Below are positions 1-12,476 of a stretch of 39,325 nt of DNA, one piece after another. Position 1 is the stretch's first letter; the number at the start of each line of letters is the position of its first letter. The stretch is from Hyphochytrium catenoides (lineage: Eukaryota > Protista > Hyphochytriomycota), in the NCBI GenBank assembly GCA_900088475.1, contig FLMG01002842.1:1-39325 (forward strand), in the 5' to 3' direction. The notes beneath the pieces are model-generated. The model did no database searches, was not told where the DNA came from, and saw only the letters and a program-made list of their open reading frames with translations. The translations under genes and the position numbers were made by a program.

Positions 1-3000
1 ACTTCGCGAGTACTCGGCGAGCCACGTCGGCCTCTGTCAGAATGCCGCGAAGATGACCATCCTGTATATGTGACAGGAGAGAGTCGCTTAGCAGGCTTGG
101 CTATCAAGGGTTAAATTAGCTGAAGCTGAGACGACAAAAGCTACAAAGACTGTAGGACGAAGACAATTGAAATCTTGAGGCCAGCAAAGTATCAGACAGG
201 GTAATGGGAGAGAAAAATAAGAGCCAGCATGAGAGGTGCGGATAACTGAGCATAAGGATACCTCAGTGGTGACCAACACCGATCCCGAGCGCTTCTTCTT
301 CATCAGCACAGCAGCCTCAGTAACAGTTACCGTGCCAATCACTGTCAGCGCCTTCGTAGGATACATTTCTGCAACGGTGCGGTCGGGTTCAGTCAATCCT
401 TCTTTTTCTCTCTCACGTCTGTCAGATTGCTGAGCACTTTTCTTTGTATTTTTGCTGAATATCGAGCCTTTGGTGCTGCCGTCGTAACCAAACGATGCTA
501 CATTGAGGAATAGGGAAAGCGTAGGTTTATATCACCGAGTGCGATGAACTACCGACAAACTAGATCACTCCATTTCTTAAAGCTGTCCATGCGGGAACCT
601 ATATACGACTCTCTACCCTTTAACATCTCGCTTACCTTCGCTCTCTTCGTCACCGCCGCCAAGACCAAAAGCAAGGTTCCAGAAGCTTCGCCACTCCGCA
701 CTCCCTCCTTTCGCAAAGGAGCCATAGCAAATGCCAAGCACATCAAGCAGGCCACATATCTACGAGCACGGACAGACACAATTAGAGAGGCAGAGCTTCT
801 ATCCCTTGGAGATAGTGTCAGACAGTAACTTCTGCGCTACAGCCGCAGCATCACCAGTGTCTCATCCCCTAACGCATACATTGTTAAGCGATAAAGCGCA
901 ATCTCTCCGTTCACGTATCATCATCGGGCTCTCTATCACTTGCCTCCGGACCGCAAGGCTTTATTTAGTCATGGCACTTACCTCTCCAGTTTCTTCCCTT
1001 ACGACCGGAAGGTTGAGGATGCGATGATCGTGCATTAGGTGCAAGGCATCGATGACGGTGGCCTCTGGAGAGATTGAGATGGGTTCGGACGTCATCACCT
1101 CTCCAACAGCGACTCCTCTGACGTCTAAGTCTTCTGCTACCACCCTGTGAAGGATATCCTTCGGAGTGAGAATGCCTACCAGCTCGTCTTTCGCGCTCCC
1201 TCTGCCACCCTCTCGCTCGCCTAAGATTAATGCAGCCTTCTTGCTCCCTCCCATCTGCCTTGCAGCTTCCTCTATTGAGCAGTCTCCGGTAAGGAGAGGT
1301 GGCATCTTCTGCTCGTGGCTCAAAAGAGAAGCCAGACTGGGTTTGAACATTCTCTCCATCATAGGGAGAAGAAGCTTTGCCACTCCTGCTTCGCCTGAGC
1401 GTCCTCTCTCCGCTAATTCTTCTGCCGAGGAGGCTGCCTTCTCCATCTTCTTTATAGCAGAGCTTAGGCACCTCGCGATGTTAAGTACACCTGTTACTGA
1501 TCCCTCTTCTGTTACTACTGGGAGATGCCTGAATCGTCCGTCTAGCATGATAGAGAGCGCATCAATGGCGCTGTCCTCCATCGTCACACACTGCAGGTTC
1601 TCAGTCATGATATCAGAGACAAGAATAGAAGACGCATCTTTCCCTTGCGAGAGAACCTTCCTGGTCACGTCAGTGTCAGTTATAATACCGCAGAGTATTC
1701 CGGACGGAGACACTGCAAGAGCGGCGTCTCCTCTCTTCTTCTTCATCTCTCTTGCAGCCTCTGCCACTGTGGCCGTAGACAGGACAGTGATAGCTTTTGA
1801 TGGACGGAGTTCCGACACCTTCTTCTCATTCTCTTCTTCGACTCGATGCGCTTCGCCGTTTAGTCCTTCTCCTCCTCTCCTTCCTCGACGGAACCCTTGG
1901 CCCGTACCACTTCTAGGCCTGAAGAAGCTGCTGCCCTTTGACCTTCTTGAGGTACCAGAGCGTTGGCTAACCCCGGAGGCGGCACTTCTCACGCTCTCTG
2001 TGTCATCAAAGTCCCTATCTCTTCTGTCTCCTCCGTCTTCTAAATCTAGGGCAAGCTGCAAAAAGCTCTTCCACTCTGAACTGTTTCCCCTGGCAAAGGA
2101 ACCGTAGCAAATGTCCAGCACATCGACCAACCCCCAAACCCTCCCCGTCTCCTCGGCAACCACCGGAAGATTCATGATCCTATGGTCCTGCATCAAATGC
2201 AGAGCATCGATAACCGTCCTTTCGGGACCCAAGCACTCAGGATCTGGGGTCATCACCTCAGAAACAGCTGTCTTTTCTGGGGAGAGAGACATAGAAAGAA
2301 CTCGGTGGACCAGGTCTTTGGGGGTGAAAATACCCTCTAGACGGGTCTTCCCTTCCCTTGCAGATGTGATCAGCGCTGCCTTTCCTGTCTGCTCCATTAG
2401 CTTCGCCACCATGGCCACTGACATGGAGCTTGGTACCAGTGGAGGCTCATCCTGATGGTCGACAACCGTCCTCAGAGAAGGAGAGAAGGTTCTCTCTATC
2501 GCTGGGGCCAAGAGCCGAGCCGCGGCAGTCATCTCTCCTCTGCCTGCCGCTTCGGAATTAGCTTTCGCCCTCTCCATTTTCTTGACCAGCTGGTTAAGAC
2601 ATCTGTTAATATTCAGCAGCCCAACAACTGTCCCCTCCCCATCTATGACAGCCAGATGACGGAATCTGCCGTCCAACATTGTACCAACAGCATTGATGGC
2701 ACTATCCGAATTTTTTATGTACTTAGGGTTCCTCGTCATTACGGCCGCTACTGGAAGAGAGTCTGGTACGAGGCCCTTGGCAACTACTTTGCGTAGGATA
2801 TCTTTGTCCGTTATGATGCCCGAGAGAGTTCCAGCATCGTTAAGGACTAGTGCCGCATCCGATGACTTCTTCTTCATTTGTTTGGACACTTCCAAAACCG
2901 TGTCCTCTTCCTGGACAGTCAATGGCTTTGAGGGGCGCAGCTCAGACACTCGCTTTGTGTCCTCACCCGACTTGAGAGCGCCTAAAAGGGCGGAGGACAT

Positions 3001-5210
3001 CTTTCCTCCTCCCATTCCTGCGCCCCTCTGGGATAGCCGAGAGAGAGAAGATTGCCCGCTGCGAACACTTTCGTCATCCTTGACATCCCCGCCAGGCATG
3101 TCAAGCGCTAGATTCCAGAAGTTCTTCCATTCCGAGCTTTTGCCTTTTGCAAAAGAGCCATAGCAAAGATTAAGGACATCAAGGAGACCCTTTACCTCCG
3201 GCCGCTCCCCTCCTCGGCCTTCAGTACTATCCTCCCGGGGCACCGCGCTGAGAACAGGAAGATTTAAAACTTTATGGTCGTACATCACATGCAATGCATC
3301 AATGACTGACATATGTGGCTGCACGTACTCTGGATCTGAAGTCATAACCTCTCCTAACCTGACCCCTGCAGGATCCAAACCTTCGGCTATTACCCGGCTC
3401 AGTAAGTCCTTCGGTGTGAAAATTCCGGCAAGGGCGCCGCTACTATCTAGGATGAGACAAGCCTTTTTAGTGCCCGCCATCATATCCGCAGCATCCTGGG
3501 CAGAATGATCCGAAGAAAGGATGGGAGGAGGAGGTTCGTGGGCGAGTAGGGTGTCCAAGGAAGGAGAGAAAGTCTTCTCTAGCAGAGGAGCCAACATCTT
3601 CATCATCGTCGAGTTTTTGCTAGACGAAGAGGTCAAGCTGGAGGAAGATTTCCCCTTCTCCAGCTTCTTTATCACCATTTCAAGGCACCGGGAGATGTTC
3701 AGAAGGCCATAAATAGTGCCAGAGGACGATACTACTGGAAGATGACGGAATCGTCCATCCAACATTAGAGAGAGGGCATCGACCGCACTGTCAGAATGCT
3801 TGACGTACTTCGGGTTAGGAGTCATGATAGCTGACACAAGTGTCTCTTCNNNNNNNNNNNNNNNNNNNNNNNNNNNNNNNNNNNNNNNNNNNNNNCACCG
3901 CTGCCTCCGCTCTCTTGTTCCTTATAAACACGGCTGCATCTCTTACGCTGTATGACGCATAGATGGCCACTGCCTTTGAAGGACGGAGCTGTTCAACGGT
4001 CTTTTCACTTTTCGCAATGGGAGCGGGCAAGGGAGAGGCTTTCTCTCGTTCTCTGTCCCCTCTTCCCTCTCTCTGAAGTTGGGCAAGGCGAGACTTGGAT
4101 GATGACGCTATTGATGCAGTATCGGCGGCCCCTTTCATCCTGGATACGGAGCCCTTACTGAGCAAAGCAGAAGATGCCGTTCTGATAGACCGGCTGTCAG
4201 AGTTATCGTCCCCACCTCCTCCCTTCTCCGCTTCGTCCTGAAGTTGGAGGATGGTGTTCCAAAAACTCTTCCACTCTGAGCTTTTCCCCTTGGCAAATGA
4301 GCCATAACAGATTGCAAGTACGTCCACCACGCCTAAAATCTTCTCCTCCTCTCCCCTTCTCTCGCCGCGTGTATCCCTGTCTTGCCTGGTCACCTCCACC
4401 ACAGGCAGGTTTAGAATCCTATGCTCAGCCATGATCTCCAATGCCGTTATGACCGTTACCTCCGGTCCGATATGCTCCGGTTCGGCGGTCATTACGGAGG
4501 AGATGGGAGTGGTCTCTACGGGCAATGAAGCAGCGACCACTCTATGGAGGATATCCCGAGGCGTGCAGATACCAGAGAGCCTGCCACTGGCATCAACCAC
4601 AAGGCCAGCCTTCCTGGTCTCTCCCATCACTCTGGCAGCCTCTAATATAGTAGCTTCTTCATCGATGACAGGAAAGAGAGCGGAGTCCTTCTCCACCAGA
4701 GTTCTGACGGTAGGAGAGAAGAGCTGCTTGATCATTGGGCCAAACAGAGCCGCTAGGGCTCCTCCTGTAGCAGCGTTCTTTCCGCCACCACCGTCGAGGT
4801 GCGTATTTGCCGCCTGGTTGACACTCTTCATTTTAGAGGTCGCCGCATGCAAGCAGCGGGCAATGTTCAAGATTCCGTCCACCACACCTTGCCCGTTGAC
4901 CACTGGCAAGTGGCGGAAGTGGCCGTCCAACATCACCGATAATGCGTCCAAAGCGCTGTCTTCGGTCGAAACGAACTTGGGATCTCGGGTCATTATGTCC
5001 TCCACTACCGTAAGGGTGGAGGACAGGCCTTTGGACACTACCTTTCGGGTTACGTCTGTGTCTGTGAGGATGCCAACAAGCTCTCCTGACTCACTGACAA
5101 TCAAAGCAGCATCTGCTCTCTTTGAGAGCATCAGCTGTGCCGCATCGAAAACAGAGTGTTGAGGAGAGATAACTACCGCCTTGGAAGGACGAAGGTCTCG
5201 AACTTTCTTC
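1..5210 (-). repeat. Tandem 4xCBS modules, about 1.05-1.4 kb period: four complete plus the start of a fifth (at least 17 CBS motifs)
   Basis: Module starts: [10 protein letters not shown] (~5210), [10 protein letters not shown] (~4003), [10 protein letters not shown] (~2957), [10 protein letters not shown] (~1825), [10 protein letters not shown] (~381). Complete modules share MLDG(R/H)FRHL(P/A)V, GI(F/L/C)TP(K/R)D, NLPV and the end motif CYGSFA(K/R)GxSxEW. Confidence 0.93.
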
Positions 5211-8200
5211 TCATTCTTGTTCCCTTCCCCGCCTCTCCCATGTTCCCTTTGAACACCAGGCGTGGTGAAGGCGGTCAGGGAGGTCACAGAAGACGAACGA
5301 GCTGGTCTTGTCCCTTCAACCCCAGGCTGAGAAAAGCGAGTCAGAACTGGAGTTGTTGCTTCGCCAGAGGTCCGAATAGTATTCCTTGGTTCTGCAGCCT
5401 TTACTGGTGTCACACTTACCCGAGCGGCAGCAGATGCAGATGATACAACCGTTGATGTTGCCTTGGGACTTGCTTGCGGAGAAGAGCCTGGCAGAGGAGA
5501 CACAGACGACTCTTTGAGAGCAATTTTGGGAACAGTCGAGGCCCTGGGTAGAGTGGGAACTGCAGCAGGCCGTGGTATGGTAGAAGCACGAGAAGATGTA
5601 AGAGATTGAGCCGACACGATGGGTGTCGATGCAGAAGGACGACTGGTGGTCGCCGGAGGGTTAGTTGCCATGGTTGGTGATACGGTGGGCACAGGAACGC
5701 GGGCAAGAGGAAGATGAGAAGGAGAAGGTGAGCCTGCGGGAAGCTTGACTTGAGGCAGGGGGAGGTTTGGCGGGGGCGAGACTTTGTTAGATCTCTCACA
5801 TCTCTCTATCTGTCCTTTCAAGTCCTGGATCATTGTTTGCAGTGACGCACACTGCTGGAAATCCTTCTTCTGCAGAGCAGTATTCAGGGCGACCTCCGCT
5901 TGGGAGAGTTCTAGTCTTAGGTCTTCTAGAGTTCTTCTGTCCTCTGACTCTCCGTTTTTTCCTTTCCCTTCCTTCAGCTTCTCGTGCTCCGTCTCTTCGC
6001 TGTCCAAGAGCGCCTGGCGACCAGCTGTTAAGGTGTCCAGTTCACTCTGTAGCTCGGCGCAGAGCCTGAAGTCTTTCTTCTGGAGGGCCTCCCCTAGCCT
6101 TTTCTCTGTGCTCTTAATGTCTTGATCGAAGTCCGCCAATGTCCTCTTCTGCCTCCTCACAGCACGAATAACTTGTAGCTTGTCTTCGATGGCCTTTCTT
6201 AACGCCTGCTTGTTTTCTGCAGTGGCTGCCTCCAGAGCTCGTTCGAACGCTGAAATTTTGACGTCCAACTGCGTGGGAGACAAGGAGTCAAAGGTCTCAG
6301 GAGCCCGATAGCGGGCAACCCTTAGCTCGTCCAGCCCTTGCTGTATATCTTGGCAGAGAAAGAATTTTGAAGTGCGAATTGCAGCCTCGAGCGCCCTTTC
6401 CTGCTCGTTGATCTCTTCTTCAAGCTCCTCCGCTGTCCTTTTCTTCTTCTTTGCCTCTAACAGATTGTCAAGCTCCTTTTGGAGGGAGGTGCAGCGTAGG
6501 AACTGCTTCTCTCTCACTGCGTTCTGGAGCTCCTCCTCCTTTCCCTTGATCATCTGGTCCAGCGCCTCCCTTGTCACATCTTCAAATTCGTCCTTGGCTA
6601 ACCTTCTCCTTGTCAACCATCCCCGTGCTATTCGCTGTATAATTACTGCCTGCTTTCCAAGGCGGCGCCGTCTGGATAACTCTTGCCTAGCTACGTGTCG
6701 TCGATAGACGCTTTGTATCTGAACGGCACGTTTTCTGATCTTGAGAAAGCGGCCTCTAAGGAGACAAACGTATAAAAAAGACGCGAGGAGCTCTCTTGTC
6801 GCTTGTAGCTTCCGTGCCCGCAGCCTCGCTCTCCACCAGCACTGAATAGTATGACCTGCGAACTTCTTGCGAATTTGTACGAAAGACTCTAGTTTGGCGC
6901 TCATTTCATACCTAGTGAGTGGAGACGAGTTGTAGAAAGCAGCGGCACAAAGGTAGTTACGGCTGCGGTTAGTAGGACTACGAAGGGGGGGAGTAGGCTG
7001 CATCTGAGAAGAGGAGATTGATGATGCAGTCAAGCTAGGATGTGAGAAGAAGCTAAGCCTAGCCGTACCGCAGGAACACCTTGGAACTGCCTAGCTGCCA
7101 CTGATCCTTGCCTGCCTTCAAAACCTTTGAGATATGCTCAACTAGCTCCTCAATATCCTCCGCCTCAGGGTAAAGAACAGAAAAATGATGAAAGAAGTCG
7201 TCGTGCTCTTCCCGCAAGGCAAATCCCTGACGGCGGATCTTCACAGTCTCAAACATTCCTAGTTGTCACAGAGTGAAAGGACGTTGAAAAACTCGTCGCT
7301 GAAGCACGAGAGATACTTGGTTGCGAGGAAGCCAAAGATAAGCTAGGAAAGAAAGAGAGGAAGGACTACGGATAGCATATCTGACACAATGAAGACGGAA
7401 GATGCTGAGAGAGGGGAGTGGTCAATGGTCAGAGTTCTAGCATGTGGTAGTATGTTCATTGGTCGCCAGGGTAGAGGGCGGACGTGGACAAGAAGGTTGA
7501 CAAACTACGTTACCTGCATACTTCAGTTGCCTTAGAACCTCTTCATCCACAAACTTGTTTGGCAGCTTTTCTTGATTGGGCTTGATACACCTGAGAAAAA
7601 AGGGTACAAGGAGAAGTTGGCGAGATTCTGAGAAGGAGCTCGCGCAGGAGCCACAAGAAAAGGCAACGGAGGCAAGATCAGAATGCTCACGAGTGTAGAG
7701 GTTGACGCGAGGACTGCCAACAGGAGGTGAGAACAACAGAGACGACATAGCAACATTTGAATGATATATTGACTTCGTACCGGATGTAGTGCGGACGAGT
7801 ATTGGAAATGGTGGTCATTAGCTCCGACAGCTGGGTGCGGAACTGGTAGCCCACACTTTGTTCGCGTAGGTTGCGACTTGTCTTCCGCGCTGTTTCTCCT
7901 GTCTGAGACTGAGAGCCTATGAGGAGCGAAGGAAAGTTAAGCGATCGTATATGCCTTCTGTATCAGTGAATGGGCATCGCGGGATGGAAAGCAAATATGG
8001 GACGTGTGGAAGGAAGACGAAGCCTTGCTCTCTCTACGGTCCAGAGTCCCCACTCTGTGTCCTTCACAGGTAGTGCGGTTTAAACAGGTCTACCTGGGGG
8101 AGGACGGCGAACAGGAGTCTTGTCCTTGCTAGGCTCCTCCTCTGGCTTCCTACTCTTCTCAAAGACTGCTGCCAGCCACGTGCTGCTGCTACTCTGTATC

Positions 8201-11060
8201 AGCTTCTTCAGGTCCTCGTTCATCGTATCATTGTTCTTATCGTTCCAGCCAGTAACGTCGTAGTAGACTTCACCTGCGCCCAGAGATTCGTTAATACAGC
8301 GCCTGCAATAGATACTTCACACTCTGCCACATGATTGTGTCTCTCTCTCTCCCTTTACAATGCTAGGCGCACAACTCTCTGTCTATCGTCCTTCCTCTTT
8401 CCTTTTAGGTTCCGTCCTAAGCTGGACTGTCCTTAATGACACGTCTTGCCCATTATAAACGTCTACCCCTCCCCTGCTTCACTCTGATCCTTGGCTTATC
8501 ATCATGTTCCCGGCCCCACCTGCATAATGAACGATGCCAAACTCCCTATCGCCACGTATTTTGGGTTGCCTATAATACGAATGCTTCATGGTTCTGCCAT
8601 CCGCTCCGAAGGACGAGTTCAGCTGCGACAACAGCTTTTTGTTGGCCTCCTCTCCACTGAGTCTCCAGATATCGTCTAGTGCCATGAGAATGCCTGGAAC
8701 ATTATTTGGCTTCCCTTCAATGAGCTCTACACAGTCTGCATTGTCTTGGAAGGAAATAAAGGTCCAGTCGATGCCCTCACGCTTGTACTCATCTTGCTCC
8801 ACCTAATAGACAAAAAATGAAAGGTAAGAGGGAAGCTTGACCCTGAAGTAGTGGTAACATGCAAGATAACAGAGTGACAGCAGACTGCATGTGGAGGGCT
8901 TGAAGAAAAATGCTCTGAGCAAGAAGAGGCCACGAAAGAGCGAGCTAGACGTGTTCTGCACCTCAAAGATATGCCTATTGAAGTGCCTCTGGAGCTTCTC
9001 GTTCGCATAATTTATGCAGAGCTGCTCGAAAGTGTTCCACTCAAACTTCTCAAAGCCATAGATATCCAGCACACCGATAAACGGAGTAGAGGAAGAGGCT
9101 TTTCTCCTCCCAGTTTTGCAGTATATGCTTATTGTGGAGTTCAACTCAGAGACTAACCATTGGAAGAGCGAAGAATATAAAGCCTTGGCTGCAAAAGAGC
9201 GAGAGTTGTTGGGAGCGCAATAAGGTAAGTACATCGCTGAGAAGCCAAAGAATGCTACATTCTCCTGTCTTTGCTCTGGAGACAATGTCGGAACAGAACA
9301 TGGACATTTTTCAAGAGATTCCAAAATTTGTACTGCCTCACCAAGAGCATCACGCTTGTCTAAGGCTTGGTCTATCCTCTGCTCTTGAATGATCACTTTT
9401 CCTCCCACGAGCAGCTGTCTTTTGCACAATGCCGTCGTTAGATCAGACAGCTGAACGCCTAACAAATTAGCCACGAGCGAGAGTGAAGAGAGAGACTCTT
9501 CGTTTTCCGGAACACACTCGTCACGATCCAGAGTAAACTTGACGTCTCCCAAATGGAGAATTGCAGCCTATAGATAGCGGATGCGAGGAGACAAGGGCGA
9601 GAAAGCGTATTGAGGACTAGAGTGATAATATTATAAAGATAGTAGGACTTGCGCCAAACAGATCGGGCAATGACCGACAAGAGGTTATTGGAGGGCTCAC
9701 CAAGGTCCGAAACAGCTCTCTCCTACTCTCTCCAGAGATGCCAATCCTTCTCATGCACTCCTCCGTCGTTGCCAGTTCTTCCTTGTCATTCCTAAGATGT
9801 TTATAGGGCTTGAGTCGGGATAGCAGCAAGAAAGTTTGGCAAGAAAGGCCAGAATTGCAGGGAGGAAAGACAGAGCTGTGAAGAAATAGAAGAGGTGACA
9901 GCAACCCCGCCATTATGTTGCTGTGAAAGAAGCAACCTTGCGCACGCACCTTCCTTCCAGCGTATAACATTCGCTTTGGTTCAAATAGAAAAACTCATGG
10001 GGTGGCTTAAGGTGTAGCTCTGATCTTAGAGTCTGATCCTCTGTCGAGAGCAGCTACACGGAATGTTAAGAACCTTAGACTCCCTTACTATCCTTTAGAG
10101 CACCACAGGAGAGCACAAAAGAGCAAAAATGGCAATATACATCTTCCGAATGCAATAGTGACCCAAGAGAGCCAAAGACAAGCTCACCACGGCTTGCCAA
10201 GCCCAAGAGGAATAGTAAGGCTGCTGGGTCGCTCACCTGGTAGAATATATGAAAGTTTCTCTCGTCTGTTGTGGGCGCGACAATTCTCGTCTTCTCCAGC
10301 AGAAAGTTCGATATCTCTGCGCCGATAATCCTGCCGACATTGTCAAACTGAATCTCTATAAACTTTCCAAAGCGCGAAGAGTTATCATTGCGTAGAGTCT
10401 TCGCATTGCCGAAGGACTCTAGAAGAGGGTTTGCGTCAAGGACTTTCTGCTCCAGAGTGCTTAGTGTGTCGAAGAAATCCTGCATGTTGTTGCCCTTAAA
10501 AATTCCTCTCTGAGACCCTGGACTGCCTAAGCCCATGCCATGCTTGGGGATAGCAGAATGCGTTATCCTCGCCAGATATTGCATGATGATCTTCGTTGCC
10601 TCCGTCTTCCCTGCCCCACTTTCTCCACTGATAATGATTGTCTGGCTTGACGGGCCATCAGACGAAGCTTCCACCAGATCAGTGTAGGCCTTGTCAGCGA
10701 CAATGAAAAGATGTGGAGGCATTGCGCCTTGAGCTTTGCCTTGATACTGCAGCATCTTCGACTGTGAAGGTAATGGACAGGCAGCAAATATGAGCAAGGA
10801 GGAGAGTGAGCCACGCTTCATCTCACCAGTAGTATGGCAGCACTTACCTCTGTGTACAGTTCAGATATGGGAGCCGTCGTCTTATACGGGTTGATGGAGA
10901 TGAGAATCGGGCCAACAAACGTGTAAACGTCATCCCTGCTGTAGCGCGCTGATAGCGTGTTCAGGATGGCACCCTCAGAGAGATCATCTAGCTGCAAAAC
11001 ATTAGGGACGCCGGACTGCAGCTGCTGCTTCTTCTTTCGCTTGCGCCTGTCTTCCACCAT
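1..11060 (-). CDS. Myo29: Myosin heavy chain with CBS-domain tail (class XXIX/Myo29-like); multi-exon, 3' end outside the window, ATG at 11060 tentative
   Basis: Motor motifs in successive exons: [15 protein letters not shown]-loop GESGAGKTE, switch-1 [10 protein letters not shown], switch-2 [42 protein letters not shown]. One long exon (6911-982) carries IQ motifs, coiled-coil repeats and CBS modules. Further exons near 760-635 ([18 protein letters not shown]), 498-262 and 62-1 ([20 protein letters not shown]) splice in frame. Motor+IQ+many CBS is, from recalled literature, the stramenopile class-XXIX architecture. Confidence 0.92.
3850..3895. other. Assembly gap (46 N) inside the second CBS module
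   Basis: Run of Ns. Alignment to the sister modules implies about 28 codons (~84 nt) are missing, so the frame change across the gap is an artefact. Confidence 0.95.
5810..6545 (-). repeat. Five UvrB/C (UVR)-like helical-hairpin repeats in the myosin tail
   Basis: [26 protein letters not shown]; [26 protein letters not shown]; [26 protein letters not shown]; [26 protein letters not shown]; [26 protein letters not shown]. These resemble the UVR pattern LxxAxxxxxF/YExAxxLrDxIxxL. Confidence 0.65.
6600..6850 (-). other. IQ (light-chain binding) motifs of the myosin neck, about 3 copies
   Basis: [26 protein letters not shown] and [13 protein letters not shown] match IQxxxRGxxxR and follow the converter directly. 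Confidence 0.8.
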
Positions 11061-12257
11061 TTTACCCTTCTGCTCACAGAGGCTGACGCCACGTGCGGTC
11101 CTTGAAGCAGCCCCCTCTCACAGGCTTGAAGCTCGTTAGCCCTCCAACGAAAGCATAGGGTAGCGGACGTTGCTGAGCATCAGAATGCCCATAAGAACCA
11201 CACACGCACACGTTAGACTCAGCTTCTCTGTCACTCAATCCCGAGCGCGGACTCGGCCTAATATTGTCTCCAGACTGCTCCAGAGACGTCAATGCAGATC
11301 CCCAAGAGTCTGCAGATCTCTACTTTTCAGCAAAAGGGGTTAATAAGGCCGAGAGGCCCGCTGGTTTGCTAGGCAGCAGACCGGTCACGGAGCGGCAAAA
11401 AGTATTGACAGGAAAGGCGAGGACCGGGATCTGGCTCGAAGGATGATGGGAGGGAAGGTAATGGAGGGTGTTCAGAGCTACCCCTGTAGTAGGCAGGACA
11501 ATGAAAAGATTCATACGCCCAAAACTTCTTGGCAGGTTGGATCAAGCTGTCTACCGTCGGAAATAGCTTTGTGAAAGATACAGAGATCCCAGACGAAGCT
11601 TTCTTGGTTGAAACATTAGGCGTTTGGTTCTTATTGAAGCTTTGGGAGCTGCAGGATCTGGCGCTGTCGGGCAGAGAAAGGACACATGACCTGGCGTTAT
11701 TAATCTTGGCGCGGAGACCGCGAAGCTTGCTGGAGCAGAAGGAGATGCGTGGACCGGTGGCCGGGGATGGGCTGAGGGAGCTGCTGAGGGGATATAGATT
11801 GATTGGAATGCATCCGTAGATCACGAGCGGCGCGCGGGGCCACGAAGGTGCCGATAACGCCGCAGTTCTATGGAAGGAGCTCTCTCTAAATAACAGGGTC
11901 AAAGGCAGGTTGACCTGGCTTCCAGCTGACAGTACAGTGCGCTATGAACGCACGTGGTCCAGTAGCTTGTAGTCTCTATGTCACAGCATCGTGCCCTGTA
12001 CTGGGGCTAAGGTTCGTGAGTACATCTGGGTGGGCCGATCTCAATCTGACGTAGAGTTTAGGCTGAAGATAATGGGAAACGTATCCCGTGGACTTCTTTA
12101 TTAGATACCTAACATGGGCTGCTTTGGGAGCTCCGTAGCTTAAGTCTGATAAAATGGGTATTTGAGGCTTCCCTGGCAGCTATCAAAGTTCTATTCAGTG
12201 TTGAGAGGACTGCACGAATGTCCAAGAGAAGGAGGGTTCATATTACGTTAGGAAGAA

Positions 12258-12308
12258 GAGGAAGAGAAAGAGAGAGAGAGAGAGAAAGAAAGAAAGAGAG
12301 AGAGAGAG
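12258..12308. repeat. Imperfect (GA)n microsatellite
   Basis: Seen directly in the sequence. Confidence 0.85.
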
Positions 12309-12476
12309 TGAAGGACTTCGTTAAAAATGGGCTTCGGGAGACAGAACGGTGTAAGGAGCTTCATATCGTGATGCTCCCCTTGCTGTTCCTCCTCGCGAAC
12401 GCATGGCTCTGCTTACGATTCGTCTCTATGGATCATCTTTCACCTCTCTCGTACACGCAACTAGCATCAAAGGCGA

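Noticed and set aside
3815-3895. Apparent frameshift or two separate ORFs (1072 aa and 958 aa) in the CBS region
   Set aside because: The break coincides with the N gap. Sister modules show about 28 residues are missing, so the gap is mis-sized; this is not programmed frameshifting.
1166-6707. Long plus-strand ORFs (313, 243, 156 aa and others)
   Set aside because: They lie antisense to the myosin exon, mostly codon-in-register, are Ser-rich and show no independent domain signal.
11074-11902. Separate gene or N-terminal myosin extension upstream of 11060
   Set aside because: There is an in-frame stop shortly upstream of the ATG and no recognisable domain or confidently phased splice. It is left unassigned, probably 5' UTR or promoter.
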